NCBI GenBank assembly: GCA_964653025.1
Contig: CAZZBZ010000005.1
Location: forward strand, 3,571-67,570
Origin: an uncultured Verrucomicrobiota bacterium
GTDB taxonomy: Bacteria > Verrucomicrobiota > Verrucomicrobiia > JABWAM01
DNA length: 64,000 nucleotides
Reading direction: 5' to 3'
The notes under the pieces are model-generated. The model worked only from the letters and a program-made list of their open reading frames with translations. It did not search any database and was not told the DNA's origin. Of the stretch, positions 46,701 through 54,684 are shown in pieces. Within the stretch, counting starts at the first letter, position 1. Every line of letters starts with the position of its first letter. Made by a program: the position numbers and the translations under genes.

Positions 46701-46851
46701 GCTCCAGGCTTCCGCCCTTCGGGGCGAGGAGGCATGCGCCAACCTTGCGAAGGCGATCGCGATCGATTCAAATCTCGTTAATCAGGCCCGCGCCGACCCG
46801 CGCTTCAACGCCATCCGGGGGATGACGAAGTTCCAAAAGTTGGTGCCCTGA
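43756..46851 (+). CDS. DUF2723/TMEM260-like GT-C-fold glycosyltransferase with C-terminal TPR repeats
   Basis: Start at MALRPRYF (ATG 43756). Family signature FTLAPNVTLEDSGEFLTAGYQWGVPHPPGYPAW, more than 10 TM helices, a soluble domain, then TPR-like repeats (..ALAFYNLGMLQA..). Confidence 0.8.
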   Translation: MALRPRYFTRTEWLGFWITTVVSFAVYAFTLAPNVTLEDSGEFLTAGYQWGVPHPPGYPAWAISVNLFVRMIPFGNIAWRGNLMSAFYGALSAGLLTLLACKLAERLWSLERLKNFSLPGISREALILVAGLVAGLVSAFIDTVWSQATITEVYTLNAFFFNLLGLLVLRWFDSPAQWRWPCLISLVFGLGITNHQTLLVAAPAFVFAMFYADRVLYRDCAFLASLTCAIFAWQSSLWFMWIFSAGFLMHFLSLMVREARAWNVRNLFSATFSMLLASLAMVVFSEGDDRPLWIFLSAVLLATWSGILIFDLATRHGALKAISPFLLSFLMFVVGSSVYLYMPLSSHTNPPMNWGFTRTVEGFRHHITRGQYERIQVDRPIRVLMGQYNQFFNNLEENFSLPLALLGVLPLVYFREFQRREKAYLGFTVLCFTFMGFVLVLLLNAKFDLQSSFIIRVFFSLSHGVYALWIGLGTIFLLHWAQSARRALPVFATSLGLVFVALIGFQFGRAWAWEAIWLAGGTLFVGALVRLVQHPGWSRGALAFVAAIPLVPLCMNWAGSEMRGHDFGWRYGHDMLKDCDRDAVVYGGTDPGRFVPTYMIFVDSFQPKRWRKDPNFDRRDLYIITQNALADQTYMNYIRGHYDTGREKMDRWYHRFLGRDKLYPRDPLRLPNDQEFNMIFSEVVQSAQNNPQSGVTFQRDAMGKVVRASVQGVEGVFAINGAIAKWIFEQNKAKHTFYVEESYPIPWMYPYLEPFGLFMKLNKEPIKEISREVVKRDMALWTRLDAEFMGNPKFVRDDVARKSFSKLRSSIGGVYLYRGMHREAEKSLRQSLDFYPASAEARSRLTECLVNQGRFDEALVICEEWLALDPFNPAPQDVLAKVSAMRNLVNKEAEMSSLYASCKNDPQFILQYAMVLRDRGKGSEVDRVVDGYLALPSSPTAWWQNFIQFYLQSNRPDRVEALLQRLVKREPKNALAFYNLGMLQASALRGEEACANLAKAIAIDSNLVNQARADPRFNAIRGMTKFQKLVP

Positions 46852-46950
46852 AGAATCGGTGCCGCTCCAATCCTTTTTCCTGCCGTCTTTTTCGCTTGCG
46901 CAGGGGACCAACTCGGTGCAAGGTGCCCAACTCTTTTCCAGGAAACAAAT

Positions 46951-47211
46951 ATGCGACGCTGTGATGTAACCGGCAAACGCCCCATGACGGGTCATATCGT
47001 CAAGCGGCGCGGCTTGCCCAAGAAGAGCGGGGGCGTGGGAATCAAGACCACCGCCATTAACCCGCGCAAGTTCTACCCCAACCTGCAGAATCGCCGTCTC
47101 TACGTGCCGGAGCTGAAGCGTTTCGTCCGTGTGCGGATCTCGGCGAACGGCCTGCGCACGGCCCGCAAGAACGGCATCTACCAGACCCTCCGTAAGGCGG
47201 GTATTCTCTGA
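46951..47211 (+). CDS. rpmB: 50S ribosomal protein L28
   Basis: MRRCDVTGKRPMTGH...RKFYPNLQ.RR......KRFVRVRISANGLRT matches the L28 pattern, with a longer basic loop than in E. coli. Confidence 0.8.
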   Translation: MRRCDVTGKRPMTGHIVKRRGLPKKSGGVGIKTTAINPRKFYPNLQNRRLYVPELKRFVRVRISANGLRTARKNGIYQTLRKAGIL

Positions 47212-47218
47212 GCCTCCC

Positions 47219-47455
47219 ATGAGCACCCGCAAACCCCGTTTCCCGCGCCGCCGCCGCACCCAGCCCGGGGCCTCGCGCCGACGTCCGAACATCAACCTCG
47301 AAGATCTGGATTTTCGCAACGTCGAGGTTCTCAAGAAGTTTGTCACCGAGCACGGGCGCATCCTCAGCCGCCAGTACACGAACCTACCCGCACGCTTCCA
47401 GCGGCGCCTCGCGCTGGCCATCAAGCGCGCCCGCAACGCCCTCCTGATCAAGTAG
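47219..47455 (+). CDS. rpsR: 30S ribosomal protein S18
   Basis: Start at the internal MSTRKP (ATG 47219). DFRNVEVLKKFVTEHGRILSRQYTNLPARFQRRLALAIKRARNALLI is the S18 core. Confidence 0.85.
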   Translation: MSTRKPRFPRRRRTQPGASRRRPNINLEDLDFRNVEVLKKFVTEHGRILSRQYTNLPARFQRRLALAIKRARNALLIK

Positions 47456-47522
47456 GGGCGGGGCCGTCGGGGGTGGTACGCGGAGTTGACTTCGCTCAGT
47501 GAGTTGCGGAGCGTGACGCCCC

Positions 47523-48296
47523 GTGAAGATCACTTTCCTCGGAAGCGGGACCTCCCACGGGGTGCCGATGATTGGCTGCGACTGCGCGGTGTGCCGGTCA
47601 GCCGATCCGCACAACCGGCGCCTGCGTCCCTCGATCCTCGTTGAGAAGGAGGGCTTTGTCCTTGTCGTGGACACCCCCCCCGACTTTCGAGAGCAATGCC
47701 TCCGGGCGAACGTCCGCCGCCTTGATGCAATCCTCTACACCCACGAGCATAATGACCATCTCATCGGTCTCGATGAGTTGCGCCGTTTCTGTGTGATGCA
47801 TGACTGCCGCCTTCCCGCCTACGGCCCGAAGCGGGCCATCGCAAGCATCGAGCGGATGTTTCCCTACGCGGTCCATCAGCCCGTGCCCTACAAGGGACTT
47901 CCCGAACTCGACCTCCACGAAGTCACGGGGCCGTTCACGCTCGGACCGTGGCGCATCACCCCGTGGACCCTGCCGCACGGGAATACAGAAACTCTCGGGT
48001 TTCGCTTCGATGATGCGGGCGGTCCGCGGTTCGCTTACTTCACTGACTGTGCCGCAGTCCCCGCGCCAGCGCGGGAGTCCATCCGCGGCATCCCGCTCCT
48101 CATCCTCGACGCCCTTCGCCATCGTCCGCACCCCACCCACCTCACGGTCGAGCAGGCTCTCGATGCGGTCCGCGACGTGCGGCCCGGGCGCACTCTCCTC
48201 ACACACATCTGCCACGATCTCGACCACGTCGCCACGAACGCCGCGCTCCCGACCGGCGTGGCCCTCGCCCACGATGGGCTGGTCATTGAGATCTGA
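47523..48296 (+). CDS. MBL-fold metallo-hydrolase (PhnP/GPMB-like)
   Basis: GTG start. ITFLGSGTSHGVP, CxCxxC, and the HEHNDH metal motif. Confidence 0.8.
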   Translation: MKITFLGSGTSHGVPMIGCDCAVCRSADPHNRRLRPSILVEKEGFVLVVDTPPDFREQCLRANVRRLDAILYTHEHNDHLIGLDELRRFCVMHDCRLPAYGPKRAIASIERMFPYAVHQPVPYKGLPELDLHEVTGPFTLGPWRITPWTLPHGNTETLGFRFDDAGGPRFAYFTDCAAVPAPARESIRGIPLLILDALRHRPHPTHLTVEQALDAVRDVRPGRTLLTHICHDLDHVATNAALPTGVALAHDGLVIEI

Positions 48297-48306
48297 TAAA
48301 CCGCTC

Positions 48307-49677
48307 ATGAAGATTGAGAAATTCGCACGCAGCGTCCGCATCGAAGTCTCGGCGGAGCGGGCTTTTGCGTGGCATAACCGCCCCGGAGCCTTCGAGCGGC
48401 TCGTGCCCCCATGGCTGCAGGTGGATCGGCTCTCGGGCCCACCAAAACTCCAGGACGGTACGGAGGTCGTTTTGCGTTTAGGACGCTGGCCGTTTCGCTT
48501 CCGCTGGGTGGCGCGGCATCGCGACGTTCGCCCGCCCGCGCAATTTGTGGACGAGCAGGCGCGCGGTCCGTTCTCCCGCTGGGTTCACACCCACCGGTTC
48601 GAGGCAGCGGGGCCCAACGGCTGCGTCCTTACCGACGAAATTGAGTACCGCCCCCCGTTTGGCCTCGGCGCAGGGTGGGTCCGAAGGGAGTTGGAACGCA
48701 TCTTCCGCTTTCGCCACCACGTGACCCGCTGCGATCTTCGCGCACACGCGGCTGGCCCCGACCGCCCGATGCGGGTGCTCGTCACGGGTTCACGCGGGCT
48801 TTTGGGAAGTCACCTGCTCCCCTATCTAACCTCCGGCGGGCACGAGGTGGTCCGTCTCCTCCATCGCCCGGATCCCACGCTCATGGGTGCACTCGACCTT
48901 GAAAACGGGGATTTGGAAGCCTGGGAAGGCTTGGACGCGGTGATCCATCTTGCTGGAGCGAATCTCGCCGCGCGACGCTGGACGCCCCAGTGGAAGCGCG
49001 CGTTGCGTGCAAGTCGAATCGACTTCACCCGGCGCCTGGTGGAACGCCTCGCCCGTCTGGCCCGCCCGCCGCGCGTCCTTGTCTGCGCCTCGGCGACCGG
49101 CTGGTATGGCATGTCCTCGGGGGAAAAGTTCGACGAGAAATCCCCCGCAGGGCAGGGCTTTCTCGCCGAACTCACCCGCGATTGGGAGGCCGCTGCAGAG
49201 CCGTCAGTCCATCGCGGCATTCGTGTGGTTCACCTGCGCTTCGGAATGATCCTTTCCCCGAGGGGAGGGGCGCTGGGGAAGATGCTTCCCCTTTTTCGGG
49301 CAGGCCTGGGCGGACCGTTGGGCGATGGCCGTCAGTGGACGAGTTGGATCGCGATCGACGACGCCCTCGACGTGATCCTTCGTGCTCTCCAGCGCACCAC
49401 CCTATCGGGACCCGTGAATGCAGTGGCTCCCTTTCCTGTGAGCAATGCCTCCTTCATGGCGTCCCTCGGCCGAGCGTTGGGGCGCCCTGCGACGCTACGC
49501 GTCCCGTCGGGGATCCTGCGCCTTGCATTCGGCGAAATGGCCGACGACCTGCTCCTCGGCGGGGCGCAGGTCCTGCCCTCGCGACTGATGGAGGACGGTT
49601 TTGCATTCCGCTTCCCGATGCTCGACGCCGCATTGCGGCACATGTCTGGACACTACCCCCCGGGTGCGATGAAATGA
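48307..49677 (+). CDS. SRPBCC domain fused to a TIGR01777/YfcH-type NAD-dependent epimerase-like domain (DUF1731 C-terminus)
   Basis: Start at MKIEKF (ATG 48307). N-terminal SRPBCC-like region (AFAWHNRPGAFERL), then VLVTGSRGLLGSHL Rossmann and a C-terminal YfcH-like tail. Confidence 0.7.
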   Translation: MKIEKFARSVRIEVSAERAFAWHNRPGAFERLVPPWLQVDRLSGPPKLQDGTEVVLRLGRWPFRFRWVARHRDVRPPAQFVDEQARGPFSRWVHTHRFEAAGPNGCVLTDEIEYRPPFGLGAGWVRRELERIFRFRHHVTRCDLRAHAAGPDRPMRVLVTGSRGLLGSHLLPYLTSGGHEVVRLLHRPDPTLMGALDLENGDLEAWEGLDAVIHLAGANLAARRWTPQWKRALRASRIDFTRRLVERLARLARPPRVLVCASATGWYGMSSGEKFDEKSPAGQGFLAELTRDWEAAAEPSVHRGIRVVHLRFGMILSPRGGALGKMLPLFRAGLGGPLGDGRQWTSWIAIDDALDVILRALQRTTLSGPVNAVAPFPVSNASFMASLGRALGRPATLRVPSGILRLAFGEMADDLLLGGAQVLPSRLMEDGFAFRFPMLDAALRHMSGHYPPGAMK

Positions 49678-49761
49678 AAGTTGTCGAGGGGCGGTCCCCC
49701 CTTCTCGAAAGGGGCGAATGGCGGTTGCGCCGGGGAGGAGCCTCGAGGCTAGACTAAAGGC

Positions 49762-50922
49762 ATGAGGTACCTTCCAGAATGTTTTCTCTCCTGCGAGATC
49801 GCGACCCTTGCTCTCTTATTGGCCCTCGCTGTGCCCTGTCCCGCGCTCGAGTCATCCGTCGCGCGCCACAATCTCGTGGTCGTCGCCCCCGACCGGGATT
49901 TTGCGGATGCCGTGGGTCTTGAGGTGGAACGCGCGGCCGAACGCTTCCACCGCGCCTTCGGGCTCTCCCTCACGGGGCCCGGGACGGGACCGATGATTGT
50001 CGTGCAGGTCGGGGTTACGAACGCCGCGGAGAATGGCGAAGGCTCCCTCTCGCTCCAGGTCGAGGGAAGCACTCCAAAAATCCGCCTCCGATGGGGTGCC
50101 CCTCCTCTTCGCCGCGAAGCGCTTTCGCGCGGGACGCTCCACGCCCTCGCCCTGCGCCATGCCCTCGTGGGTGGGGTGCGGCCCCTCTCGGAGGTGCCCG
50201 TCTGGGTACTTGACGGCGTGGCGATGCTGGCCACCCCCGCGGAGGTGGCGGAGGTGGAATGCGCGCGCGCCGCGCTCCTCGCCCGCCTCGCCCCGCGACT
50301 GACGTTTGAGGCCGCGCTCGGGTTGCTGGCCGGGCGGGCGCTTGGCGAGGACGATCGCCGCGGCCTCGCGGGGGCCCTCTTCATCGACGCGGCCTCAACA
50401 CCCAAGGCGCGGGCCCGCCTTCTTGCCGCCCTGCCCTCCTTCGGAGTGGACCCCGGGGCGGTCCTGGCCGACGTGACCGGGCGCGCCGATATCGAAGCGT
50501 GGTGGGCTGAATGGTGGCAGGGACAGTCCGCACGCCTCCCGCCCCTTCGCCTCGGTTGGAAAACAACGCGGCTATGGATCCTCACACGGAAGAAGGACAG
50601 AGAGGCGCCTCTCACCCCCGAGGCGAGCATCGCGCCCGTCGCCAACCCATGGTTCGGCCCGTGGTTTACTGCCCCCCCCTCGGTGGAGACCTCCTCCCTC
50701 GATGGGCTTCGCATCGAGATCGAACGACGGCGAGGCGAGTCCCTTGGATGGTTCGACGAGATCGGGGGAATGGGCTTCGCTTCGCGCGCCGAGTGGCTGA
50801 AGGAAGGTCGTCGGGGAGCTGCCGAGGGCGAAGAGGTCGTGGCAAGAGGGCCGGCGCGGCAGTGGTTTCGTTCGTTGAACCTTTCTCCCGGGGATGCCTC
50901 GCGTGGCCGAGACAGAGATTAA
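49762..50922 (+). CDS. hypothetical secreted protein
   Basis: Signal-like N-terminus. The + frame reads as a normal protein, while the overlapping minus ORF is Arg/Ser-rich junk. No family recognised. Confidence 0.5.
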   Translation: MRYLPECFLSCEIATLALLLALAVPCPALESSVARHNLVVVAPDRDFADAVGLEVERAAERFHRAFGLSLTGPGTGPMIVVQVGVTNAAENGEGSLSLQVEGSTPKIRLRWGAPPLRREALSRGTLHALALRHALVGGVRPLSEVPVWVLDGVAMLATPAEVAEVECARAALLARLAPRLTFEAALGLLAGRALGEDDRRGLAGALFIDAASTPKARARLLAALPSFGVDPGAVLADVTGRADIEAWWAEWWQGQSARLPPLRLGWKTTRLWILTRKKDREAPLTPEASIAPVANPWFGPWFTAPPSVETSSLDGLRIEIERRRGESLGWFDEIGGMGFASRAEWLKEGRRGAAEGEEVVARGPARQWFRSLNLSPGDASRGRDRD

Positions 50923-50968
50923 ATTGTCTTTTACTTTGGGTGGGGCCTTATTATATAAGCAAACACTT

Positions 50969-51043
50969 GCGCGCTTAGCTCAGGGGTAGAGCGCCTGCTT
51001 CACACGCAGGAGGTCGCAGGTTCGAAACCTGCAGCGCGCACCA
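50969..51043 (+). tRNA. tRNA-Val (anticodon CAC), CCA encoded
   Basis: Hand-folded cloverleaf: acceptor GCGCGCT/AGCGCGC, D stem GCTC/GAGC, anticodon stem CCTGC/GCAGG with loop TTCACAC, variable AGGTC, T arm GCAGG-TTCGAAA-CCTGC, discriminator A, CCA. Confidence 0.9.
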
Positions 51044-51059
51044 CTCTTTCCAACCGACC

Positions 51060-51950
51060 ATGAACCTCACCACGCTGAAAATATTCCGAGACCTTGTCGA
51101 GACCCGCAGCTTCTCGAAGGCGGCCACTCTTAACTCGGTAACACAATCGGCGGTCAGCCAGCAGGTGGCAAACCTCGAGAGGAAGCTCAAGTGCCTCCTT
51201 GTCGAGCGGGGACACCGCGACTTCGGGCTCACCCCTGAAGGGCGACGCTTCTACGAGGGCTGTAAGACACTCACCGGCCAGTTTGAACGAATGATGGCGC
51301 AGCTTCAGGAAATGAGCCAGCGGGTGAGCGGGGCGGTGCGCATCTCCACCGTTTATAGCATCGGCCTCCACGAGCTTCCCCCATACATCAAACAGTACCT
51401 CCGCCAGTATCCGTTGGTGAATGTCCACGTCGAATACCGTCGCGCGCCACAGGTTTACGAGGACGTCCTAGATAGCGTGGCCGACCTGGGCCTCGTCGCC
51501 TTTCCCGAAAAGCGCGCTCACCTCGAGGTGCGTCCCTTCCGCCGCGACCGCCTCGTGGTGATCTGCCATCCCGACCACCCTCTCGGGGCCTCCGCCTCGA
51601 TCCCGATCCGTCGCATTATCGGGCACAAGTTCGTCGGCTTCGACCCCGACATCCCCACGCGCAAGGCTCTCGACTCCATCTTTCGCCGCCACCGCATCAA
51701 GGTGGAACAGGTCATGGACTTTGACAACGTGGAGACCCTCAAGCGCGCCGTGGAGATCAACATGGGCATCTCCCTGGTGCCTCTCTCAACCGTGACACAA
51801 GAGGTGAAAAACCACTCGCTCCGCCTCGTGGAGTTCACCGATGAACAGATCTTTCGCCCGCTCGGGCTCATCTCGCGACGGGGGCGCGTTCTCTCCCCCG
51901 CGATCAAGGCATTCCTGCGAGTTCTCGAGGAGGAACCGCGCCTTTCCTGA
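51060..51950 (+). CDS. LysR-family transcriptional regulator
   Basis: N-terminal HTH LKIFRDLVETRSFSKAATLNSVTQSAVSQQVANLE and a LysR substrate-binding domain. Confidence 0.9.
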   Translation: MNLTTLKIFRDLVETRSFSKAATLNSVTQSAVSQQVANLERKLKCLLVERGHRDFGLTPEGRRFYEGCKTLTGQFERMMAQLQEMSQRVSGAVRISTVYSIGLHELPPYIKQYLRQYPLVNVHVEYRRAPQVYEDVLDSVADLGLVAFPEKRAHLEVRPFRRDRLVVICHPDHPLGASASIPIRRIIGHKFVGFDPDIPTRKALDSIFRRHRIKVEQVMDFDNVETLKRAVEINMGISLVPLSTVTQEVKNHSLRLVEFTDEQIFRPLGLISRRGRVLSPAIKAFLRVLEEEPRLS

Positions 51951-51957
51951 GAGTGCC

Positions 51958-53454
51958 TCAGCGGTCGCCCGCACCACCACGAACGAGTTCGATATTGTTT
52001 TCTCGGAGGGTGCGTCCCACCGATAGGTGGAGCTTGGCCAGTGCGATGCTGTAGTCCGCCAGCGCACGGATCTCGCGGGAACGCACCTCGGCCAGCTTGT
52101 TCTGCAGTTCGAGGACCACGAAGCTGGTGCTCGTGCCAGCGCGCAGTTTTGAGGTCTCCGCCGCCAACGCATCCTCCGCAGCCCGACGGGCCACTCGCGT
52201 GACTTTGATGCGCTTGTGGCTGGCGTCCACCGCATCGAGCGCGTTACTCACATCCACGACCACTGTCTGCTCCGCTCGCTTGAGTTGGAGAATAGCCTGT
52301 TGCTTGCGCAGGCGAGAGGATTCCAGGTGCCCTTGGGCCGCCTGGTCCGGCAGCGGGATGCGGACGGCCATCCCTACGGCCCACCGGTCGTTCTTGGTGT
52401 CCACGGACTTGGTGAAGTCCTGGTTCACCCCATTGAAACCGGCGGTGCCCTTAAGGTCTACCTGCGGCCAGCGCTGCTGCTGGTCGTACACAAGCTGGAT
52501 GTTTTGCCGTTCCACCACGAGCTTCGCCGCACGATAGTCGGGGCGCAGTTCGAGGGCGTCCACAAGGAGTTCATCGCGGGATCTGACCGGCGGCGGGATG
52601 TCCCCGGGTAGGTCAGAGGGAGCCAGCGGGCGGTCCTGGATCTCCGAGAGGTTGGGCGAAATCAGAGCGCGGAGGGCTGTCATGCGCAGATTCACATCCT
52701 GGTTGGCGAGAATCACGTTTTCCTCCCGACTGGCCACCCCCGATTCCGCTTGCGTGATCTCCAGCGGCGCCATCACGCCAATCAGGACGCGCTTGCGGTT
52801 GTCCTCGAGCAGCTTGGCCGCCAGTTCCAGGGCCTGAAACTGGACGGTGCGGTTCTGGATCGCAAAGACAAGGTTGTGGTAGGCGTCGTGGACGCGGGTG
52901 ATCACATCCATCACGCGACCGGAAAAATCCTCGTCGGAGATATTCTTCGCGACCCGCGCAATACGGATGGGGGCCATCTGGCTGGCGGTGCCAAAGCCGC
53001 GGAGCAAAGGCTGGGCCACGTCAAGGCCCCAGTAGGTAGTGTACTGCTCTTGGAACGAGTTGAATGTATTCTGAGAGTCCGAACTTCGGAGGCCGAGGTT
53101 ATAGCGGGTGCCGGTCGGGAATTTTCCCTCAAGACCGGTGGAAAAGTCCGTCGTTCGGGTTTTTGTCGAAGTGAGCCCGCCGGCGGCCACGGAAGATTGG
53201 GCGTCGAGCGGCGTGCTGTTCTCCCCGTAGTTCGGGCTGAAAACAACCGCCGGGTCGAAGTCCCCGCGGGCGATCCTTACGGCTTCCTCGTCGATGAGCG
53301 GGTTGAGGCGCTGGATGGAAATCTCGAGGTTGCCGTCGAGGGCCCGTCTCACACAATCCTGGAGAGAGAGGGAAAGTGGTTCTCCCGCGGCAACTCCTGG
53401 GCAACCCCATAGGAGGAGCACGATACCGAGTGCAGCAAGGAGAGGAAGGCGCAT
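51958..53454 (-). CDS. TolC-family outer-membrane efflux channel
   Basis: Start at MRLPLLAALG (ATG 53452-53454). Signal, possibly a lipobox (LLLWGC). Two OEP repeats with characteristic LSL.DC...AL..N....A and LDV..A...L patterns. Confidence 0.8.
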   Translation of the reverse strand: MRLPLLAALGIVLLLWGCPGVAAGEPLSLSLQDCVRRALDGNLEISIQRLNPLIDEEAVRIARGDFDPAVVFSPNYGENSTPLDAQSSVAAGGLTSTKTRTTDFSTGLEGKFPTGTRYNLGLRSSDSQNTFNSFQEQYTTYWGLDVAQPLLRGFGTASQMAPIRIARVAKNISDEDFSGRVMDVITRVHDAYHNLVFAIQNRTVQFQALELAAKLLEDNRKRVLIGVMAPLEITQAESGVASREENVILANQDVNLRMTALRALISPNLSEIQDRPLAPSDLPGDIPPPVRSRDELLVDALELRPDYRAAKLVVERQNIQLVYDQQQRWPQVDLKGTAGFNGVNQDFTKSVDTKNDRWAVGMAVRIPLPDQAAQGHLESSRLRKQQAILQLKRAEQTVVVDVSNALDAVDASHKRIKVTRVARRAAEDALAAETSKLRAGTSTSFVVLELQNKLAEVRSREIRALADYSIALAKLHLSVGRTLRENNIELVRGGAGDR

Positions 53455-53576
53455 GGAAAAATCAGGACGGCGAGGACGGAGACAAACCCGGGTCTTCGGC
53501 GCAAACGCCGTAGCCGCAAAGACTTGCACCGCATTCGCATCGCGATTAGTCAGATTGACCGAAGCCTCCCGTCGTG

Positions 53577-54680
53577 TCAACGAAGGGCTTCACTCCGCAG
53601 ATCCTCAGGCAACAGGAGCTTCCAGACCGGTACTCGTCGCAGGATGATGGAGGCCTCCACCGTCGAGCCGAGCACCAGGCGTGCCGGGGTCTCCTTCACA
53701 TGGGCCACCACCAGGTAGGAGCCCTCCTTCATGGGTTCTCCCGGTTGGCGAGGGTAGGCTTCCATGGCCACCTCCGTGACAGTTCCATGGATGTAGCCGA
53801 AGCGCATAAACTCGAAGACGTTCGAGCGCATCCGCACATGCTGGCCGATGCGGATGCGGTGAACCTGATTCTCGCCAACAAAAATCTTCACCCGTTTCGG
53901 CTCGCCCCCCGAGACATGGGCGAGGTCATCCCCGCGGTTCACGCGCTCCCCCGGACGGCGCTTGATCACAAGGGTGACCATCCCATCGATGGGGGCGCGG
54001 ATCTGGCGGCGTTCGATCTGTTCCTGGCAAACCCTCAGGTCTACGGTCAGGCGGTCGAGGCGAGCGCCCGCGGCGTTGAGATCCGCGAGGGCCTCCTTCT
54101 TCGCCGTCTCCTCGAGTCCGCGGTCGAGCATGGCCACGTTCTCCTTCGCCTTCGAGAGTTCGGCCTGGGCCATATCGTGGGCCAGCTTGCGGGTGTCGTA
54201 CTCGCTTTGGCTGGTCAGCTTCTCTTCGAGGAGCTGGGTGTAACGGCGAAGTTCGGTCTCGGCATGGAGTGTCTGCTGTTGGGCCTGGGCCAACTCACTC
54301 CGCGAATGCCAGAACTCCTTCTGCAGGGGCATCTTGTTCACTTTTTCGAGTTGGACCTTCTTCAGATCGAGAGCCGCCTGGGATTCCTTGATCTCCGCTT
54401 CGATCTGGGTCCTCCAGTTCTCCTGCTGCTGGGTGTCGAGAAGGAGGATGGCATCTTCCTTTTTCACGCGTGTGCCCTCGTAGGCTTTCACCTCCTGGAG
54501 AATCCCGTCCTCTGGCGCATAGAGATAGCGCTCCTCCTCCGACACAATAATTCCGTTCGCAGAAACTCTTTCATCCACGGGCACGACGCCAATGAGCACG
54601 ATAAGGATAATCCCGAAGCCGAGGACGGCCGAGATGATCCAAATACGGATCAGCCGCAGGTTTTTCTGGAGCTTCTCCAC
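53577..54680 (-). CDS. HlyD-family membrane fusion (periplasmic adaptor) protein
   Basis: TM anchor, lipoyl-like hairpin halves flanking a long coiled coil, and a beta-barrel domain. Start set at GTG 54680 (4 nt after the ABC stop); ATG 54788 would overlap the ABC gene by 104 nt. Confidence 0.75.
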   Translation of the reverse strand: MEKLQKNLRLIRIWIISAVLGFGIILIVLIGVVPVDERVSANGIIVSEEERYLYAPEDGILQEVKAYEGTRVKKEDAILLLDTQQQENWRTQIEAEIKESQAALDLKKVQLEKVNKMPLQKEFWHSRSELAQAQQQTLHAETELRRYTQLLEEKLTSQSEYDTRKLAHDMAQAELSKAKENVAMLDRGLEETAKKEALADLNAAGARLDRLTVDLRVCQEQIERRQIRAPIDGMVTLVIKRRPGERVNRGDDLAHVSGGEPKRVKIFVGENQVHRIRIGQHVRMRSNVFEFMRFGYIHGTVTEVAMEAYPRQPGEPMKEGSYLVVAHVKETPARLVLGSTVEASIILRRVPVWKLLLPEDLRSEALR

Positions 54681-54684
54681 ACTC

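Noticed and set aside
46852-47455. rpmB-rpsR adjacency as a zinc-independent alternative ribosomal protein (AltRP) operon under Zur control.
   Set aside because: No AT-rich Zur-box-like palindrome lies in the 99-bp upstream region, and nothing indicates these are second copies. They are probably the primary L28 and S18 genes in a lineage-specific arrangement.
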